From Bacilli bacterium (GTDB lineage: Bacteria > Bacillota_I > Bacilli_A > RFN20 > CAG-826), in NCBI GenBank assembly GCA_041653015.1, contig JBAZGG010000006.1, forward strand, positions 574-64,573: 64,000 nt of DNA, given 5' to 3'. Positions 39,930-50,504 of this stretch are shown one piece after another; position 1 is the stretch's first letter; each line of letters starts with the position of its first letter. The notes under the pieces were generated by a model that saw only the letters and a list, made by a program, of their open reading frames with translations, was not told the DNA's origin and did not search any database. The position numbers and the translations under genes are program-made.

Positions 39930-41266
39930 TGGGAACAATAGCGCATTTTGGAACTGATGGTATCCGCGGAACAGCAAATGAGGGGCTAACGCCCCTTATC
40001 GCTTATCGCATCGGACGTTTTATCGGTCAATATCCAGCAAATCATAAGAATAAAATTATTATTGCTCGTGATACTAGAGTATCGGGCGATATGCTATCCA
40101 ATGCGCTTATCTCTGGTATGCTTGCGAGTGGATGTGCTGTTTTTGATATCGGTGTGTCAACAACACCATCGGTGTCTTTTTTAGTTGAAAATTATGATTT
40201 TGATTACGGAATTATGATTTCAGCTTCACATAATCCTTACTATGATAATGGGATTAAAATCTTTAATAAAAAAGGCGAAAAACTTGAAAATTCGATCGAA
40301 AAAATGATTGAGAATTATATATATGTTGGTAAAGACGATTTGCCCTTTGCTAAAAATGAAGAACTAGGTCGCGTGGAAGACGCTTCCAAATTCAAAGAAT
40401 TATATATTAATTTTCTGCTAAAAAAAGCGAAGGATCTTAACGGATTGAAAATATTAGTCGATTGTGCGAATGGTTCGAGCTCGATGATTTCAAAAGAAGT
40501 ATTCAATAAACTAGGCATTGAAGCTACTTATATTTGTGACAAACCAAATGGTCTCAATATCAATGACCGATGCGGTTCGACTCACTTAAATCAACTGGTA
40601 AACGAATGTAAAAAAGGTCAATATGATCTGTGTTTTGCTTTTGATGGCGATGCTGATCGCCTCATGTGCTTGAATGGCGATGGTCACATCATCGACGGTG
40701 ATGGCATTATTTTTGTAAACGCATTATCGCTTAAGCAAGATAACAAACTTCGCGATAATAAAGTTGTGATTACGGTTATGTCCAATATTGGTCTCAAAAA
40801 AGTCCTCGCTGCGAACGATGTCGATTTTTTAGAAGTCGCGGTTGGCGATAAATATGTCCAGGCCGCTCTTAAAGAGAATCATCTTTCTCTAGGAGGTGAA
40901 CAGTCAGGTCATATTATTTTTCTTGATGAATTGAATACCGGCGATGGCTTTTTGACGGCGATTAGTTTGATGAATATATATCGCTACAAACACGATATCT
41001 TTCTAAAAGCGATTACACAATTAGTGATCTATCCTCAAATTTTAGAAAATATTACAGTGGCAAACAAAGAAGCTATTATGTCAAACAAAGGTCTCAAAGA
41101 GCATATTTCAAAAATTGAGAAAAAGCTTGACGGAGATGGAAGGATTTTGGTTAGACCGAGCGGAACAGAGCCTCTCATCAGAGTCATGTGCGAAGCTAAG
41201 TCAATTGATACATGTCGCAGCGTTTGTGCAGATATTGTCGAATATATAAAAGATCTTTCTTTTTAG
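39929..41266 (+). CDS. glmM: Phosphoglucosamine mutase
   Basis: Active-site SASHNPYYDNGIK, metal-binding FDGDADR, GEQSGH. Overlaps the cdaA stop. Confidence 0.9.
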   Translation: MGTIAHFGTDGIRGTANEGLTPLIAYRIGRFIGQYPANHKNKIIIARDTRVSGDMLSNALISGMLASGCAVFDIGVSTTPSVSFLVENYDFDYGIMISASHNPYYDNGIKIFNKKGEKLENSIEKMIENYIYVGKDDLPFAKNEELGRVEDASKFKELYINFLLKKAKDLNGLKILVDCANGSSSMISKEVFNKLGIEATYICDKPNGLNINDRCGSTHLNQLVNECKKGQYDLCFAFDGDADRLMCLNGDGHIIDGDGIIFVNALSLKQDNKLRDNKVVITVMSNIGLKKVLAANDVDFLEVAVGDKYVQAALKENHLSLGGEQSGHIIFLDELNTGDGFLTAISLMNIYRYKHDIFLKAITQLVIYPQILENITVANKEAIMSNKGLKEHISKIEKKLDGDGRILVRPSGTEPLIRVMCEAKSIDTCRSVCADIVEYIKDLSF

Positions 41267-41278
41267 GAGAAAAACATT

Positions 41279-43054
41279 ATGTGTGGAATAGTGGGTGGAG
41301 TTGGCAAATTTGATATAAGAGATTATCTTTTGAATGGCCTTCGCGACCTCGACTATCGCGGATATGATTCAGCAGGAATAGCCTTTTCTACCGGCCAAAG
41401 TGTCGAAATATATAAAACGGCTGGAACAGTTGATTATCTCGATCAAATAGCTCCGAAACAAATTGATGCCTCGGCGGGAATTGGTCATACTCGATGGGCG
41501 ACTCATGGCGAACCGAGTAAAGTCAATGCTCATCCACAGGAATCGATGCGAGGGAACTTTGCCATTGTGCACAATGGAGTAATAGAGAACTATCGCGCTT
41601 TAAAAAACAGATTATTGGGCTATGGATATACTTTTAAAAGCGAAACTGATACAGAGGTTATCGTCAATCTTTTGGAGCATAATTTTCGAAAAAACAACGA
41701 TGTTCTTGATGGAATTCGTCGCACAATTGATGAACTTCAAGGTTCGTATGCGGTCGCTATCGTTTACAGGTATGAAGATGAGAAGATTTATTTCATGAAA
41801 AACCGTGCGCCTCTTTTAATTGGCGTTGGCAAGAAATGCAATTATCTCGCGAGCGATGCTGTTCCGATGATTAAGCAGACGCAAAAATTTATTGATTTAA
41901 ATGATTGCCAATATGGTTTTATTTCACCAGAAAATATCGAGATTTATTTAGGATATAGTAAGATAACACCTACATTTTCGACAAAAAATCCAGATGCTTT
42001 AAAAAAAGATTTGGAAGGCTATCCTCACTACATGCTTAAAGAGATTGAAGAGACGCCAGAGGTTATTCGTCGTCTAATCGACAATTATTATGATGGAAAA
42101 AAGTTTTTGTTTGAGAAGAATATGCTTGAAGCGATAAGGAAATCTGATGATGTCGTCTTCATCGCTTGCGGTACTTCATATCATGCCTCTTTGCTCGGCA
42201 AGCGATTTATGCTTGCCTTGGGAAAACGAAGTGAAGCTTATATCGCCTCGGAATGGGCTTATTATCCAATTTTTACTTCGCGTAAACCCATCTATATTCT
42301 TATATCTCAGTCTGGTGAAACAGCAGACTTGATAAAATGTCAAAAAATAATCAATGATCGCGGAGCAGTAAATGTAACGATTACGAATACGAAAGGATCC
42401 ACTCTGGAAAGAGATGCGACATTTTCATGCCTATTATATGCTGGATTAGAAGTTGCTGTCGCTTCGACTAAGGCCTATTCAGCACAGGTGTCTCTTCTCT
42501 CTTTGCTGATAGGTGCGCTTGAAAGGAAATATAATATAATTGATCAGTTATATTCCCTGAATGATGCTCTCAAAACGATAAAAGAGAAAAAAGAGGACAT
42601 TCATAAAATTGCTATACAGATAAAAGATAATCATGATGTGTTTTTCCTTGGAAGAGGAGGAGATTATGACGCCGCATTTGAATCTTCTCTGAAACTTAAA
42701 GAGATTACGTATATTCATAGCGAAGCTCTGGCGGGCGGAGAATTAAAGCATGGTCCTATTGCTCTAATTGAAAAAGGCACCCCTGTGTTCGGCTTTATTA
42801 GTGATATATCTATCGATTTAGCTATGCGTGGAAACTTTAAAGAAGTTGAAGCTCGAGGCGCTGTAGTATATTCTATTGCGACTGAGCCATTAAAAAAAGA
42901 AGGAGATGCCTTTGTTGTCCCTCTAGTAAATCCTTCTCTCGCCCCTTTATGCGATGTATATTTCGCCCAGTATCTTGCCTATTACACCGCTCTCGAAAAA
43001 GAAGTAAACATCGATAAGCCACGCAATTTAGCAAAAGCTGTAACTGTTGAATGA
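41279..43054 (+). CDS. glmS: Glutamine--fructose-6-phosphate aminotransferase
   Basis: N-terminal MCGIVG amidotransferase nucleophile and two SIS domains. 12-nt spacer with RBS AGGAGAAAAAC, so there is no room for a glmS ribozyme. Confidence 0.9.
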   Translation: MCGIVGGVGKFDIRDYLLNGLRDLDYRGYDSAGIAFSTGQSVEIYKTAGTVDYLDQIAPKQIDASAGIGHTRWATHGEPSKVNAHPQESMRGNFAIVHNGVIENYRALKNRLLGYGYTFKSETDTEVIVNLLEHNFRKNNDVLDGIRRTIDELQGSYAVAIVYRYEDEKIYFMKNRAPLLIGVGKKCNYLASDAVPMIKQTQKFIDLNDCQYGFISPENIEIYLGYSKITPTFSTKNPDALKKDLEGYPHYMLKEIEETPEVIRRLIDNYYDGKKFLFEKNMLEAIRKSDDVVFIACGTSYHASLLGKRFMLALGKRSEAYIASEWAYYPIFTSRKPIYILISQSGETADLIKCQKIINDRGAVNVTITNTKGSTLERDATFSCLLYAGLEVAVASTKAYSAQVSLLSLLIGALERKYNIIDQLYSLNDALKTIKEKKEDIHKIAIQIKDNHDVFFLGRGGDYDAAFESSLKLKEITYIHSEALAGGELKHGPIALIEKGTPVFGFISDISIDLAMRGNFKEVEARGAVVYSIATEPLKKEGDAFVVPLVNPSLAPLCDVYFAQYLAYYTALEKEVNIDKPRNLAKAVTVE

Positions 43055-43067
43055 GATAGATTAACTA

Positions 43068-43526
43068 CTAATCCATAGGCATTTTTTCTATCGAGATAAA
43101 TTTCACACCAATCTTTGAAAAACAATCCTTTAAACCATTTACTATTTCAATTCCACTTTTTGCATATTGTGTTTTTATGATACCATCGATATTGTGCCCT
43201 GAATAATGATACAATTTCACATCTAAAATCTCATATTTAACTAAAACAGAATCAAATCTTGAGACATTTACTTTTCTAATAACTTCGCCCATTTTATACA
43301 TTCCGACTCGACGATATAACAGCGGTGTGTAATATCGAAGACCACTTTTATATGTGCCGACATATAAGCCAAGACGCTCAATTAACGCTACATGATTTTT
43401 TTTAATGTAAATAAATCCCGACAGCAAAAAAAGAATAATACCAAGAGCAAGTATTATCAAAACAATTAAAGTAAATTCTAATGTTCCTATGTCTCTCATG
43501 ATAATGACTATATCACAACGAAGCAT
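43068..43526 (-). CDS. Small membrane protein, possibly SPFH/band-7-like
   Basis: One TM helix followed by VALIERLGLY, reminiscent of SPFH domains. Weak. Confidence 0.3.
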   Translation of the reverse strand: MLRCDIVIIMRDIGTLEFTLIVLIILALGIILFLLSGFIYIKKNHVALIERLGLYVGTYKSGLRYYTPLLYRRVGMYKMGEVIRKVNVSRFDSVLVKYEILDVKLYHYSGHNIDGIIKTQYAKSGIEIVNGLKDCFSKIGVKFISIEKMPMD

Positions 43527-43578
43527 TTATTGAATAATAAAAACCATGAAACTATAATTGATAAAGAGGAAGCGAAAA

Positions 43579-44184
43579 ATGGACAGCAAACATTACTTTG
43601 ATTTTATTATTAAAATGCAATCAATTGCGAAGATTGGGTTGAAGTTTACAACCGATCCTTATGCGAAAGAAAATTATGAAGAGATTAATTCTCTATCTAT
43701 GGCTATGCTAGAAGATTTTACAAAAGTTAAATTCGATAGACCCAATTACTTTGAAAGAAATGTCTACCCGACACCAAATATCTCTGTCAGAACTGTCATA
43801 AGAAACGAAAGAGGTGAAATTCTTTTCGTTAGAGAATCAAAGGATAATGCCTACTCTCTTCCGGGAGGCTGGTGCGATTTGTATGATTCGCCTCAAACAG
43901 CTGCTAAAAATGAAGTGTCTCAAGAAGCCGGTGTCGAATGTTCAATAAAAAGACTAATTGCTGTTTTAAACCATACACCGTTTAAAAACGATAAATCAAT
44001 TCCAGAATATGTGATAGTATTTGAAGGAGTTGTGGAAGGGAAATTTCATTCTCACTGCCACGAAACAAATGATGTAGGATTTTTCTCAAGAAAGAATTTG
44101 CCTATGATTTCCAGAAAGAATAGTCTTGTCGAGTTAAATAGAATATTGGATGCGATTGAGCAAGGCACAACGCTCTTTGACTAA
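43579..44184 (+). CDS. NUDIX hydrolase
   Basis: Nudix box GGWCDLYDSPQTAAKNEVSQEAGVE. ATG 43579 follows RBS AAGAGGAAG. Confidence 0.75.
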   Translation: MDSKHYFDFIIKMQSIAKIGLKFTTDPYAKENYEEINSLSMAMLEDFTKVKFDRPNYFERNVYPTPNISVRTVIRNERGEILFVRESKDNAYSLPGGWCDLYDSPQTAAKNEVSQEAGVECSIKRLIAVLNHTPFKNDKSIPEYVIVFEGVVEGKFHSHCHETNDVGFFSRKNLPMISRKNSLVELNRILDAIEQGTTLFD

Positions 44185-44247
44185 ATATAGAAAAAATTTG
44201 TATTTGAAATACAAATATTTTGCTACAATAAAAAACAGGATGAGTTT

Positions 44248-44745
44248 ATGGAAAGAATAGCGAAAACATCAGTTAGGTTAATGTCGACGGTTTTTGATTT
44301 CATAACATGCTTTGCCATTTCTCTCATTATAATAATTGGTGCCATTCTTTCTTTTGTTAATGCTTTGATGTCACCTACGAGTGCTGACGTTATAGCTTTG
44401 TTTGTAAGTTCATTGATAGCTGGTTCTTTAGTTGTTATATTTGTTCTTGTATACTTGATTGCAATTCCCACAATTTGGAAAGGGCAAACTCTTGGAAAGC
44501 GTTTTTTTCGAATTAAACTCGTTAAAAAAGATGGCAGTGATATTGATATCAAGACGCTGTTTGTTCGTGAAATCACACGAATTTGTCTTCTAATTGTTTC
44601 TGTTGGATGCAGTGCGCTTGCAAATTTTCTTTCTTTGACAATTTCAAAGTCGCATCTAGCCTTTCACGATGTTATAGCTTCGACGCGTGTTGTTAGTATC
44701 AGCGAAAATGCTGAAGAAGGAGTGAGTTATGGGAACACACATTAA
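44248..44745 (+). CDS. RDD-family membrane protein
   Basis: Three TM helices flanking a GQTLGKRFFRIKLVKKDG RDD-type loop. Confidence 0.65.
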   Translation: MERIAKTSVRLMSTVFDFITCFAISLIIIIGAILSFVNALMSPTSADVIALFVSSLIAGSLVVIFVLVYLIAIPTIWKGQTLGKRFFRIKLVKKDGSDIDIKTLFVREITRICLLIVSVGCSALANFLSLTISKSHLAFHDVIASTRVVSISENAEEGVSYGNTH

Positions 44746-45445
44746 TGCTAATCAAGGAGATTTTGCGAAAGTTGTATTAATGCCGGGAGATCCTCTTCGC
44801 GCTAAATGGATCGCGGAGACACTTTTGCACGACGTAAAACTTGTTACTTCACTCAGAGGCATTTTGGGATATACCGGTTTGACAAAAAAAGGTAAACGTA
44901 TCTCCGTTATGGCTTCTGGAATGGGCATTCCATCAATTGGAATTTATTCTTACGAACTTTATACTTCTTATGGTGTTGAATCAATTATTCGTATCGGAAC
45001 TTGTGGTTCTTATCAGAAAGAAATCGACTTATTTGATGTTCTTGTTTGCTCAACCGCCTCGACAGACTCTAACTGGAATTCCCAATTCGATTTGCATGGT
45101 GGCACGCTTTCTGCAGGTGCTGATTTTGAACTAGCCAAAAAGGCTTATGAAATTTTGAAAGTAAGAAAATTACCCCTTCATGTCGGAGATATTTTGTCGG
45201 CCGATGTGTTCTATGACTATGATAAAAATAACTGGAAGAAATGGGCTGATCTTGGTGTGATGGGTGTCGAAATGGAATCTTTCGGTTTGTATATTACTGC
45301 CAAGCGCCTTCACAAGCGAGCTTTGTGTTTGTTAACTGTAACTGATCACTTTATCAAAGAAGGTAAAGCAACTGCTGAACAACGCCAAACAGGTCTAAGC
45401 AAAATGATTGAAGTTGCTATTGAAGTTGCTGAAGATTTTGCCTGA
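44729..45445 (+). CDS. deoD: Purine nucleoside phosphorylase, DeoD-type
   Basis: MGTHINANQGDFAKVVLMPGDPLRAKWIAE N-terminus and GVMGVEMES motif. Confidence 0.85.
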   Translation: MGTHINANQGDFAKVVLMPGDPLRAKWIAETLLHDVKLVTSLRGILGYTGLTKKGKRISVMASGMGIPSIGIYSYELYTSYGVESIIRIGTCGSYQKEIDLFDVLVCSTASTDSNWNSQFDLHGGTLSAGADFELAKKAYEILKVRKLPLHVGDILSADVFYDYDKNNWKKWADLGVMGVEMESFGLYITAKRLHKRALCLLTVTDHFIKEGKATAEQRQTGLSKMIEVAIEVAEDFA

Positions 45446-46065
45446 TGACTACTCCACAAATCATTTTTGTAATCGTTTCTTCTGTCATATTTGTTTTTAT
45501 TGTTGGTCTTTTGTTATATAAACCAGTTTGCAGGTATATTTATCGAAAGAATTTTTCAAATATCTATGGAAAAACTTTGTATCAAGTCGCCCTAGACTTT
45601 GATTTTTATATAATCAATGATTTAGTACTTGCGCTCGACAATGAAAATGTGATGCACATCGATCATATTCTTTTTGGTGATAAGTACATATATGTGATAA
45701 AAGACAAATATTACGATGGTTTGATTGAAGCGACTGAAGATGATAATTCATGGATATTTACATCGCGAAAAGACAAAAAGAAAATCTATGTTGATAATCC
45801 TTTAAAAAACAATATATTACGCACGAATAAATTAGCTCTTATATCTGGTTTTGATCGCAGTTTGTTTATTTCTATTGTCGTCATTAATGATGGCTGTTTA
45901 GCGTCTTCATTCGCTGGAAAAAGCAAAGTATCATTTCTTGTCACAAAAGGCAAAGTAAAAAAACTCATAAAAGCTCTAGAAAGTCGCAATATTAGCAAAA
46001 TGAAAGAAAACCAATTAAAATTCGCTGTAAAAGACATCGCAAAACTTAATCTCAAAAAGAAATAA
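45445..46065 (+). CDS. NERD-domain protein
   Basis: N-terminal TM helix, then NERD-like segment DLVLALDNENVMHIDHILFGDKYIYVIKDK. Confidence 0.55.
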   Translation: MTTPQIIFVIVSSVIFVFIVGLLLYKPVCRYIYRKNFSNIYGKTLYQVALDFDFYIINDLVLALDNENVMHIDHILFGDKYIYVIKDKYYDGLIEATEDDNSWIFTSRKDKKKIYVDNPLKNNILRTNKLALISGFDRSLFISIVVINDGCLASSFAGKSKVSFLVTKGKVKKLIKALESRNISKMKENQLKFAVKDIAKLNLKKK

Positions 46066-46096
46066 AACCTAGATAAAATCTAGGTTAATGATATAA

Positions 46097-46170
46097 TGGA
46101 GCAGGCGACGAGAATCGAACTCGCATAGCTACCTTGGCAAGGTAGTGTTCTACCACTGAACTACGCCTGC
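46097..46170 (-). tRNA. tRNA-Gly(GCC)
   Basis: Reverse complement reads GCAGGCGTAGTTCAGTGGTAGAACACTACCTTGCCAAGGTAG...TCGTCGCCTGCTCCA. Anticodon GCC, U73, CCA. Confidence 0.85.
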
Positions 46171-46271
46171 AAACAGTTGCGTGTATTATTATAAATAAGT
46201 ATTAGTAATTATTCAAGAAGTAAAAAAGCTCTTAATAATTATCCGCCTGTTCATTTTAAAAGGAGAATATT

Positions 46272-47939
46272 ATGTCGCAGATTAAAGACTTGATTAACAT
46301 CATATTCCCAGATGTTAAAATTACTATCCAAAATCTTGAGAAAAAGTATCCAGAAAGAAGGCTTCCTTCAGGTGCTGAAGTGACAAGATTTGCTCCGAGC
46401 CCAACTGGTTTTTTGCACACTGGTAGTCTGTTCACTTCCTTAATCGCTAAAACTATTGCTCGACAAAACAATGGCATTTTTTATACTAGGCTCGAAGACA
46501 CAGACTCAAAAAGAGAAATTTCCGGTAGTGGAGATGAACTCATGAAACAGTTGGCTGTGTTCGGTGTGTCGCCGGATGAAGGTTTTTTAGCGGATAACAA
46601 AGAAACTGGCCTTTATGGTCCTTACGTTCAATCTAAACGAGCCGACATTTATCGAATCGTTATAAAACATTTGATGGAAATTGGTCGCGCCTATCCTTGT
46701 TTTTGCACTACAGAAGAGCTTGAACTGATAAGAAAAGAACAAGAATCATATAAACAGATGCCTGGCTATTATGGACAGTATGCAAAATGTCGTAATTTAT
46801 CTGTTGATGAACAGATCGAACGAATTCAGAGAGGTGAAAAATTTGTTATAAGATTTCGTTCAATGGGGAATCATTTTAGTAAAATCAAGGTTCATGATGA
46901 AATTAGAGGAGATATTGAAATAGCAGATAATGATCTTGATATTGTCATTTTGAAATCTGATGGTTTGCCAACCTATCACTTCGCCCATGTTGTTGATGAT
47001 CATTTCATGAGAACGACATTGGTGAGCAGAGGTGAAGAATGGATTTCTTCTCTCCCAATTCATATTGAATTATTTGAAGCGTTGAACTGGAAAGCACCAA
47101 AATATGCCCATCTACCTGTTATTATGAAATTAGATAATGGCAATAAACGCAAATTATCGAAGCGAAAAGATCCGGAGGCTGCTGTTAGTTATTTTATTGA
47201 AAATGGGTATCCACCAATTGCTGTGATTAATTATTTAATGTCGATTGCAAATTCGAACTATGAAGAGTGGACTATACAAAACAGATCATATGAATATCAA
47301 AAATTTCATTTTGATTTACAGAATATGTCTCTTGATGGTGCTTTATACGATATAGACAAGTTAGGTTATTTTTCGAAGGGTATAATATCACATTTTTCAG
47401 CTAAAGAACTGACGTATTTTGTGAAAACATGGAGTTCAGTATATAATCGAATGCTGTATTCGTTAATTGAACATGATGAGAGATACTTTGAAAAAATTAT
47501 GAACATCGAACGCGAAAAAGAGAATCCTCGTAAAGACTATGCAAAATACAGTGACATTTATCCTCTTATCCGATTCTTCTATGTTGATTATTATGAAATG
47601 ATTGTCGAAAATCATCCATATAATGAGCACATTTCAAAGAAAATAGTTTCTCAAGTTTTGGAATCGATAATTACTGAAAACGATTATTCTCTTGATGAAG
47701 AATCATGGTTTGAGTCGTTGAAGAAAATCTCTTTAAAGAATGGTTTCGCTGTTTCGAATAAGGATTATAAACTGAATAAAGATAAATTTTTGGGACACGT
47801 TGGTGATGTTGCCGAGATTCTAAGAATATCTTTGTGCGCATCAAAAAACTCCCCAAATTTATATCAAGTTATGCAAATCATGGGCAAATTTGAAGTCGAC
47901 AAGAGACTGGAATATGTTATTGATAACTTTCTTAAATAG
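46272..47939 (+). CDS. gltX: Glutamyl-tRNA synthetase
   Basis: HIGH-type motif RFAPSPTGFLHTGSL and KMSKS-type KLSKRK. RBS AAAGGAGAATATTATG. Confidence 0.85.
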   Translation: MSQIKDLINIIFPDVKITIQNLEKKYPERRLPSGAEVTRFAPSPTGFLHTGSLFTSLIAKTIARQNNGIFYTRLEDTDSKREISGSGDELMKQLAVFGVSPDEGFLADNKETGLYGPYVQSKRADIYRIVIKHLMEIGRAYPCFCTTEELELIRKEQESYKQMPGYYGQYAKCRNLSVDEQIERIQRGEKFVIRFRSMGNHFSKIKVHDEIRGDIEIADNDLDIVILKSDGLPTYHFAHVVDDHFMRTTLVSRGEEWISSLPIHIELFEALNWKAPKYAHLPVIMKLDNGNKRKLSKRKDPEAAVSYFIENGYPPIAVINYLMSIANSNYEEWTIQNRSYEYQKFHFDLQNMSLDGALYDIDKLGYFSKGIISHFSAKELTYFVKTWSSVYNRMLYSLIEHDERYFEKIMNIEREKENPRKDYAKYSDIYPLIRFFYVDYYEMIVENHPYNEHISKKIVSQVLESIITENDYSLDEESWFESLKKISLKNGFAVSNKDYKLNKDKFLGHVGDVAEILRISLCASKNSPNLYQVMQIMGKFEVDKRLEYVIDNFLK

Positions 47940-47959
47940 TGATTTAATCTAAATCACGT

Positions 47960-48034
47960 GGTCCCATGGTCAAGCGGCTAAGACGTAACCCTCTCAAGGT
48001 TAAATCACGGGTTCGATTCCCGTTGGGACTACCA
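47960..48034 (+). tRNA. tRNA with anticodon CUC (Glu), immediately downstream of gltX
   Basis: Acceptor GGTCCCA/TGGGACT (G1-U72), anticodon stem TAACC/GGTTA with loop CTCTCAA, T-arm ACGGGTTCGATTCCCGT, CCA. Isotype call is by anticodon only. Confidence 0.6.
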
Positions 48035-48113
48035 TCGATTGATTAACACCGAACGGTGTTTTTCTTTTTCAGATAACTACAACCATGTTGCATTTTTGTT
48101 GTATTATCTATTT

Positions 48114-48965
48114 ATGAAAGTATTGTTTTTATATTCTGATGCTACTGGAAAAGGCGTTTTTTTGAAAAGGATTGAATACATATCTTCTTATCTAAAAGAA
48201 ACATTTGATGTCGTCGATGTTGTAAAAACCAAATCCAAAGAGCATCTCCATGAAGTTGCCAGAGCTTCCTGTGGAATATATGATTCATTAATTTTCACTG
48301 GTGGTGATGGTACTTTTAATGATGTTATTAACGCAATCTCGAATGAAACGAACAGGCCAGTTCTTGGATATATTCCCGGTGGCACAATAAACGATATTGC
48401 AAAAAACTTTGGTATTCGCAAAAGTTTACGAAAAAGTTTAGAAATAATAAGACAAGGCCACATTTCTAGATTCGATATATGCAGGATTAATAGTCAGTAT
48501 TTTGCATATGTTGCTGCGATTGGCTCCTTTGCCGATATTGCCTATTCAACCAAACGGCAACGAAAAAAGAAATTAGGGAAAATTGCTTATTATTTTAAAG
48601 CGATAGGAGAAGCGATGGCTCCTAAGACTGTTAGAGCTGTTATCACTATTGATGGAGTGACAAAACAGATTTCAACACCATTTATTTTGGTTTTAAATGG
48701 GAAAAACGTTGGTGGTTTTTTAGTTAACCAAACAAGCGATAATTCAGATGGATTATTCGATTTGTTTTTAACTAAACCTGGTTGGTTTAATGGATTAATT
48801 CACTATTTGTTTTTCAAGATGAAAACAACGCATTACAAATGTTCATCTATATCAATTCACACGGATCAAAAAATGGCGTGGTGCATCGATGGCGAAATGG
48901 GACCTATTGGTGATGTCACAATCACTAATCTGCATCTCCATCTCGCAATTTATTCAAAGAAATAG
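48114..48965 (+). CDS. Diacylglycerol-kinase-family lipid kinase (YegS/DagK-like)
   Basis: GGDGTFNDVINAI catalytic motif. The track ORF begins at a TTG abutting the tRNA and a terminator hairpin (ACACCGAACGGTGT + T-tract), so the start is placed at ATG 48114 (MKVLFLYSD). Confidence 0.7.
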   Translation: MKVLFLYSDATGKGVFLKRIEYISSYLKETFDVVDVVKTKSKEHLHEVARASCGIYDSLIFTGGDGTFNDVINAISNETNRPVLGYIPGGTINDIAKNFGIRKSLRKSLEIIRQGHISRFDICRINSQYFAYVAAIGSFADIAYSTKRQRKKKLGKIAYYFKAIGEAMAPKTVRAVITIDGVTKQISTPFILVLNGKNVGGFLVNQTSDNSDGLFDLFLTKPGWFNGLIHYLFFKMKTTHYKCSSISIHTDQKMAWCIDGEMGPIGDVTITNLHLHLAIYSKK

Positions 48966-49081
48966 CAATTTTCAGCGATTTTTTCCGCAAATCCTCAATA
49001 TTTTAATCGATATTTTTATTTTTACATATACAATTTAATGGTTGATGTAATAGAATAAAATAGTAAAAAAAGGAGATAGTT

Positions 49082-50485
49082 ATGAAAAAAATTATAGTAG
49101 GTTTTTCTATAACATCAATCATTCTTGTTTTGGTCGGTCTTTTTGCCTTTATTTTTTTTCCATCATCAGGCTTTGGAAACAACACGTATCAAGTTTCGAC
49201 TGTTTTGAATACGATAATTGTTCAGTTTTACATTTGGTTTCTTCCTGAAAGTTCGACAGGTATAGTTAGCGAGTCTAGATTGCTCTTTTTCTTATTGCTT
49301 GTTGTAATGTTGCTTTTTTTGATATGTCTTACAGTTTTAAGTTTTGTATCAAAAAAGTATAAAAATCTATGGTTTAATTTGCTTTGGTTTGCTATTTGCG
49401 TTGTTACATTTTTTGGAATAGCCGCCTTTGTTTTCAATGATACATCTGATTCTTGGAGTTCAACAATTTCATTTAGTCATCTAATTAATAATTTGACTTC
49501 TGCGAATCCATATTCTCTTTTGATTTTTCTTATAGTTCTGACGATTATTTTAGCCGGAATTGTCATAATGATTCTCAATGGCGTACTCGATGTTATTTTT
49601 CTTTCCATAGAAATTTCACACAACAAAAAAAGAATACTAAATGCTAAGAAAAGCGAGTACGATCTTTCATTTGAGACGTCGGCGAATGAATTGCACGCAT
49701 TGAAGCATGTGGCAAATATTGATAATGATGTCATTTCTGTAAATGATTTAACGATAGAACAGGGGATTAAAGACACAAGCACTTTGCATGATTACGATCT
49801 CAAAACGACTCAATCTCAAAAGCGAGATACCTTGATTCCGGCTCCTCGATTGGTATACGTGAATAATGATAATAGTTACCATAGATCAGATATTTCTGGA
49901 AATGAAAATATGAATCAATTGACAAAAAATGATGTAGATAAAATACGAACAATTGTTCGCGAAGAAATTACACAAGCACTTTCTTCGTTAGGCTTGCAAA
50001 ATAAAGCGAGTGTCATTAATGGTAATAATTCAGAAAAAATTGATGATTTGCAAATCTCTAAGAAAATTATTCGTGTCCCTTTTGTAAAGCGAATGCTATC
50101 TGCTGATGATAGTATGAAGAAAAATTATCTCGATTTGAAAAATGAAGTAATGTCGTATGGCGTCAAGAGCAGAGTATCAAATTCAGGAGATACATTTAGG
50201 CTTCATACAAAAACATATTTAAAATTAACAATCGCGGGCAAATCACTTAAACTATATTTTGCATTAAATCCAAAAGATTACGAAAATACAAAGCTTCCCA
50301 TCACGGATGCTGCACATAAAGGAATTTATAAAGAGATACCCCTTGTTTTTAAAGTAAAATCAGAACTTTCTGTTCGAAGAGCAAAGCAATTAATTGCTGA
50401 TGTAATGGAAAAAGGCAACCTTGAACAGGGCAAAGTTGATAATGTTGATTGGATTAAAGAATTATCTAATTACGAAAATGATTAA
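49082..50485 (+). CDS. Hypothetical membrane protein (N-terminal multi-TM region, C-terminal soluble domain)
   Basis: RBS AAAGGAGATAG upstream. Five or six hydrophobic helices in the first ~170 aa. No motif recognised. Confidence 0.45.
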   Translation: MKKIIVGFSITSIILVLVGLFAFIFFPSSGFGNNTYQVSTVLNTIIVQFYIWFLPESSTGIVSESRLLFFLLLVVMLLFLICLTVLSFVSKKYKNLWFNLLWFAICVVTFFGIAAFVFNDTSDSWSSTISFSHLINNLTSANPYSLLIFLIVLTIILAGIVIMILNGVLDVIFLSIEISHNKKRILNAKKSEYDLSFETSANELHALKHVANIDNDVISVNDLTIEQGIKDTSTLHDYDLKTTQSQKRDTLIPAPRLVYVNNDNSYHRSDISGNENMNQLTKNDVDKIRTIVREEITQALSSLGLQNKASVINGNNSEKIDDLQISKKIIRVPFVKRMLSADDSMKKNYLDLKNEVMSYGVKSRVSNSGDTFRLHTKTYLKLTIAGKSLKLYFALNPKDYENTKLPITDAAHKGIYKEIPLVFKVKSELSVRRAKQLIADVMEKGNLEQGKVDNVDWIKELSNYEND

Positions 50486-50504
50486 TTGATGATGAGGCAA
50501 AATT

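Noticed and set aside
41267-41278. glmS ribozyme upstream of glmS
   Set aside because: glmS starts 12 nt after the glmM stop with only an RBS. There is no room for the ~150-nt ribozyme.
48039-48113. Upstream extension of the DAG-kinase-family ORF to a TTG at 48039
   Set aside because: It would begin within 5 nt of the tRNA 3' end and read through a terminator hairpin (ACACCGAACGGTGT + T-tract). The ATG at 48114 is the likely start.
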